Of a stretch of DNA of 64,000 bases, positions 60,140 through 64,000 are shown one piece after another (the first letter of the stretch is position 1; every line of letters begins with the position of its first letter). The notes beneath the pieces were generated by a model. The model searched no databases. It was not told the DNA's origin and was given only the letters and a program-made list of their open reading frames with translations. Origin of the DNA: Armatimonadota bacterium (GTDB taxonomy: Bacteria > Armatimonadota > UBA5829 > DTLH01); NCBI GenBank assembly GCA_038207085.1, contig JBBRAE010000006.1:88184-152183 (forward strand). Reading direction: 5' to 3'. The position numbers and the translations under genes were made by a program.

Positions 60140-60475
60140 ATGGAGCAAGCAATGGAACTGACACACACTGATGAATCCGGGAACACGGTAATGAAGTTCG
60201 AGGGGGCTTTGTTGGTCAGCGAGCTGGCTGGTATCAGCGCGGAGCTGTCCGAGAGCGTCGGAGGAAGCGGCGACTTGGTAATGGACATCGCGCTGGTGAC
60301 CGATTGCGATACTGCCGGGGCTCAGGCTCTCTGCACGGTGGCGAAAACGGCGCGGGGCGCCGGGCGCCGCGTAGCTGTCACTGGTGCAAGTGCATCTATC
60401 GTGGAGAGCATGAAACGGGTCGGCATACTCCTTGAGGATGTGGTAGACAGCCTGGAGGTGTCCGTCGATGGCTAA
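60140..60475 (+). CDS. STAS domain protein
   Basis: D...V..CDTAGAQ.L motif; precedes cheY. Confidence 0.85.
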   Translation: MEQAMELTHTDESGNTVMKFEGALLVSELAGISAELSESVGGSGDLVMDIALVTDCDTAGAQALCTVAKTARGAGRRVAVTGASASIVESMKRVGILLEDVVDSLEVSVDG

Positions 60476-60836
60476 GACTATCATGACCGCGGATGATTCG
60501 GCAAGCATCAGGCAGATGGTCGGTTTTACGCTTCGTGAGGCCGGCTACAGCGTGATTGAAGCTATCGACGGGGCTGATGCGATCGGCAAGTGTGCGGGGA
60601 CGTCGCCGGACATGGTCATAACCGACCTCAACATGCCAAACGTCGACGGCATAGGGCTTATCCGTGAGCTTCGGGCGATGCCGCAGTGCAAGTTCATTCC
60701 TATCATTATGTTAACTACTGAGTCGGCTGACGATAAGAAACAGGCCGGCAAAGCTGCAGGGGCGACGGGGTGGATAATCAAGCCATTCCAGCCCGAGCAG
60801 CTTCTCGCGGTCGTCCGAAAGGTGCTCCGCGATTAG
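60468..60836 (+). CDS. cheY: chemotaxis response regulator CheY
   Basis: DDSASIRQMV, TDLNMP, LTTES and GATGWIIKPF; precedes cheA. Confidence 0.92.
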   Translation: MAKTIMTADDSASIRQMVGFTLREAGYSVIEAIDGADAIGKCAGTSPDMVITDLNMPNVDGIGLIRELRAMPQCKFIPIIMLTTESADDKKQAGKAAGATGWIIKPFQPEQLLAVVRKVLRD

Positions 60837-60849
60837 GGAGAATATGTAA

Positions 60850-62973
60850 ATGGGCGAGACCGACAGGTATATAGAAACTTTTCGCATGGAGGCCGATGAA
60901 CTGCTCGCGGACGTTGAAGATATCGTGCTTGCGATAGAGGACGATCCAAGCAACCGGAGCAACATCGACCGACTGTTCAGGGCGATGCACACTATCAAAG
61001 GATCTGGAGCTATGTTCGGCTTCGACGACGTGGCGGCGTTTACGCACCACGTTGAAACGACGCTTGACGTGGTGCGTTCCGGGGGAATCGGGATCGGACG
61101 TGAGCTGATCGACTTGATTCTCGCAGCCCGGGACCAGATAACTGCGATGATGGCGGCTGCGGGTGGTGGGCCTGTGGTCGACGAAGGGGAAAGCAGGCGC
61201 ATAGTTGAGGGGCTGGGTGCACTGCTGCCGAAGGGGGATAGCCTAAAAGCCGAGGAGGCAGGGGGTTCCAGCTCGGGAGGGGACGCGGGCGTCGTGGGGG
61301 ACGCAAGCGCCGAGATGGCAAGTTACAAGATCGTCTTTGCGCCGGACCCGGGGATATTTCTCACGGGGATGGACCCGTCGCTTCTCCTGGAGGAGCTTCG
61401 GGAGCTTGGTGAGTGTCAGATTATCGCGCTTACCGAGAACCTTCCGGCGCTTGAGATGGTCGATCCGGAGAAGTGCTACCTCGCGTGGCAGATCAACCTG
61501 CGCACCGACAAAGGGGTCGATGCGATCAGGGACGTCTTTATATTCGTCGAGGACACGAGCCGGATTGAGATCGAACAGCTTCCAGAGTTACAGGTGTCTG
61601 CTTCGGATGATGAGCCGAAGAAGCTTGGACAGATTCTGGTTGAGAAGGGTCTCGCGACCGAGGCCCAGGTCCGAGGGGCGCTCGGCAAGCAGAAAATGCT
61701 TGGCGATATTCTCGTTGGGTCCGGGGTAGTCGGCGCGGAAACCCTAAACTCAGCCCTGGCCGAGCAGAAGACGCAAGAAAAGGCGAAAGGGGCCGAGAAG
61801 TCCGAGACGCTCAGGGTAGCATCGGACAAGCTCGACGTATTGGTAAACCTCGTCGGCGAGCTGGTTATCAACCAGGCGAGGCTTTCACAGGTGTCGGGTG
61901 CAGTTGAAAACTCGGAGTTGCTTGCAGCTGTCGAGGAAGTCGAGAGGCTCACAGGCGAGCTTCGAGACGTAGTTCTTAACATAAGGATGATGCCGATCGG
62001 CACAACGTTCGGCAGGTTCAAGCGGCTAGTGCGGGATACTTCGGTGGAACTCGGTAAAGAGATCGATCTTGTCACAGAGGGGGCTGAGACCGAGATCGAC
62101 AAGACCGTGATCGACCGGCTCGCGGACCCGCTTGTTCATCTCATCCGCAATAGCATCGACCACGCAATAGAGTCTCCTGAGGCCCGGTTGGGGATGGGCA
62201 AGCCGAGGAAGGGCACCATTCTTCTTTCGGCTGCGCACAGAGGGACAAACGTGGTTATCACCGTCAAAGACGACGGCAAGGGCCTCGATGCAGAGGTCAT
62301 AAAGGCTAAAGCCATTGAACGTGGACTGATCTCCGCCGACCAGGACTTGAGCGAAAAAGAGATATTCGCACTGATCTTTGCGCCTGGTTTTTCTACGGCG
62401 CAAAATGTGACCAGTATGTCCGGACGAGGTGTAGGGATGGATGTGGTCAGGCGAGAGATCGACGCGCTTCGTGGGAACGTCAGCGTCACAAGCGAAAAGG
62501 GGAAGGGCACGACAGTAGATCTGTCCCTGCCTCTCACGCTTGCGATCATCGACGGGCTGCTCGTGGCGGTAAATAATGAGCGGTTCGTCATTCCACTTTC
62601 AACAGTGGAGGAGTGTCTGGAACTGACAGGCGCAAGGTTCGCAATGAGCAGAGAACGCAACGTTATACAGGTCAGGGGGGAACCGGTACCGTTTGTGCGA
62701 CTGCGCGAGATGTTCGGGATCGAGGGAACCGAGCCGGACCTTGAAGAGACGATCGTGGTGGGGGTAGGAGAATCCCGCATCGGAATAGTTGTCGATCACG
62801 TAATCGGCGACCACCAGACCGTCATCAAGTCGCTTGGAAAAGCCTATCGGCATGTCGAGGGGCTGTCAGGGGCTACGATAATGGGGGACGGGAGCGTGGC
62901 ACTGATACTTGACGTGCCCGGGCTCGTAGACTGCGCGCTGCAAGCTGAGGATGCGGCGCTAAAGGCAGCATAG
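60850..62973 (+). CDS. cheA: chemotaxis histidine kinase CheA
   Basis: HPt FRAMHTIKG, HLIRNSIDH, GFSTA...SGRGVGMDVV, LPLTLAII and a CheW-like domain. Confidence 0.97.
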   Translation: MGETDRYIETFRMEADELLADVEDIVLAIEDDPSNRSNIDRLFRAMHTIKGSGAMFGFDDVAAFTHHVETTLDVVRSGGIGIGRELIDLILAARDQITAMMAAAGGGPVVDEGESRRIVEGLGALLPKGDSLKAEEAGGSSSGGDAGVVGDASAEMASYKIVFAPDPGIFLTGMDPSLLLEELRELGECQIIALTENLPALEMVDPEKCYLAWQINLRTDKGVDAIRDVFIFVEDTSRIEIEQLPELQVSASDDEPKKLGQILVEKGLATEAQVRGALGKQKMLGDILVGSGVVGAETLNSALAEQKTQEKAKGAEKSETLRVASDKLDVLVNLVGELVINQARLSQVSGAVENSELLAAVEEVERLTGELRDVVLNIRMMPIGTTFGRFKRLVRDTSVELGKEIDLVTEGAETEIDKTVIDRLADPLVHLIRNSIDHAIESPEARLGMGKPRKGTILLSAAHRGTNVVITVKDDGKGLDAEVIKAKAIERGLISADQDLSEKEIFALIFAPGFSTAQNVTSMSGRGVGMDVVRREIDALRGNVSVTSEKGKGTTVDLSLPLTLAIIDGLLVAVNNERFVIPLSTVEECLELTGARFAMSRERNVIQVRGEPVPFVRLREMFGIEGTEPDLEETIVVGVGESRIGIVVDHVIGDHQTVIKSLGKAYRHVEGLSGATIMGDGSVALILDVPGLVDCALQAEDAALKAA

Positions 62974-63049
62974 TTAACATAACAAACCTGTTCAATAAGA
63001 ACTGGGGCAACGGCCGCGCACAGCGTGGCAACCATGTCAGGAGGTTAGA

Positions 63050-64000
63050 TTGAAACGATTTAGTGATCTGAAAATTAGGGCCAAACTGCTCTCAGGGTTC
63101 ATGCTTGTAACTCTGATAGCCGCCGCGATCGGCATAATGGGCATCCAGCGCATCAAGCAAGTCGACAACAGCATGAATGAGCTATACGCTTCTTATACAG
63201 TACCGATTGCGCAGATGGGGCAGATTGCCAGGGACTTCCTAAATGTGCGCATTGTGGTTCGTGACGCCGTCACGGAGAAAGAGCCGGCTGCCATGCGCCA
63301 GTCAGTTGAGAAGGTCAGGGCACTCACTGCTAACATCGACAAAGTGAGCACTGAGTTTGAAAAGACGATCCGGTCCGACCGCATGAAGGACGCTTTCAAA
63401 AAGTTCATGGAGACAAGGGCCGAATATGGGCCCCAGAGAGACAGGATCCTTGAGCTTACCCTCGCGAACAATAACTCTGAGGCAGTCAAGGTGATGACTG
63501 GGCCAGGCGCACGCGCTGCCAAGGCTGAGCAGGAAGCGATCGACAAGATCTGTGAGATGAAGATCGAAGACGGAAGCAAGATGTCCGATGACACATCAGC
63601 GATGGTAGCGAGCTCAGTTCGTTCGATGATAGCTCTTTTGATCGCAGGTATCATCGTGGCTATTGGCGCGGGGCTCTTCGTCTCAAAGATGATCGGCGAC
63701 CCTATGAAGCTTATGGCTGAAGCTGCAAACAAGATTGCAATCGGCGACTTGAACCTCGACGTCAAGGCCGAAAGCAAGGACGAAATCGGCGACGTTATGC
63801 GCTCGATGGAGAAGATGGTCCAGAACTTGACCCGTTTTGCCACCGATGTCCAGACAGCGGCCAACATGGTCGCAACCGGATCTGAGCAGGTGAACTCCAC
63901 GGCTCAGTCTCTTGCTCAAGGCTCAACGGAGCAGGCATCAAGCATAGAAGAGGTCTCATCTTCGATGGAAGAGATGAACTCAACTGTGAAGCAGAACGCC
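63050..64000 (+). CDS. methyl-accepting chemotaxis protein (runs off the window end)
   Basis: TTG after AGGAGG; reads KRFSDLKIRAKLLSGF, TM, sensor domain, TM, HAMP (SKDEIG), QGSTEQASSIEE..SSMEEM; absent from the ORF track because it has no stop in the window. Confidence 0.93.
   Translation, partial: MKRFSDLKIRAKLLSGFMLVTLIAAAIGIMGIQRIKQVDNSMNELYASYTVPIAQMGQIARDFLNVRIVVRDAVTEKEPAAMRQSVEKVRALTANIDKVSTEFEKTIRSDRMKDAFKKFMETRAEYGPQRDRILELTLANNNSEAVKVMTGPGARAAKAEQEAIDKICEMKIEDGSKMSDDTSAMVASSVRSMIALLIAGIIVAIGAGLFVSKMIGDPMKLMAEAANKIAIGDLNLDVKAESKDEIGDVMRSMEKMVQNLTRFATDVQTAANMVATGSEQVNSTAQSLAQGSTEQASSIEEVSSSMEEMNSTVKQNA

Overview
Bacterial DNA, GC-rich by eye, with no rRNA, tRNA or CRISPR array recognised. 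Gene style suggests a Terrabacteria lineage such as Armatimonadota, but that is only a guess. 1-27.6 kb is a large flagellar cluster (fliE-F-G-H-I-J, lytic transglycosylase, fliK, flgD, TIGR02530-like gene, flgE, flbD, motAB, fliL-M-N-O-P-Q-R, flhB-A-F-G, tandem-PilZ brake, fliA). It is interrupted after flgD by a decaying chemotaxis fragment (cheW, cheD, receiver protein, cheX pseudogene) and contains two sigma-54 promoters. 27.9-32 kb is a more AT-rich cassette of three exported proteins, one frameshifted after its signal peptide. 32-57 kb holds paaK, hicBA, a Liv-type ABC transporter bracketed by inverted ~200-250 bp repeat elements, AraC/URO-D genes, a kdpD-like/kdpE/kimA-like potassium module, glycoside hydrolases, an ISAs1 remnant and an anaerobic sulfatase maturase. 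57.4-64 kb begins a second chemotaxis operon. The most striking observation is that 8 of 37 motility proteins, and 0 of 24 other proteins, end in Ala-Ala, suggesting a ClpXP-type degron programme for the motility apparatus. Three intergenic repeat families, phased KdpE-like boxes and a structured flgE leader are also visible.
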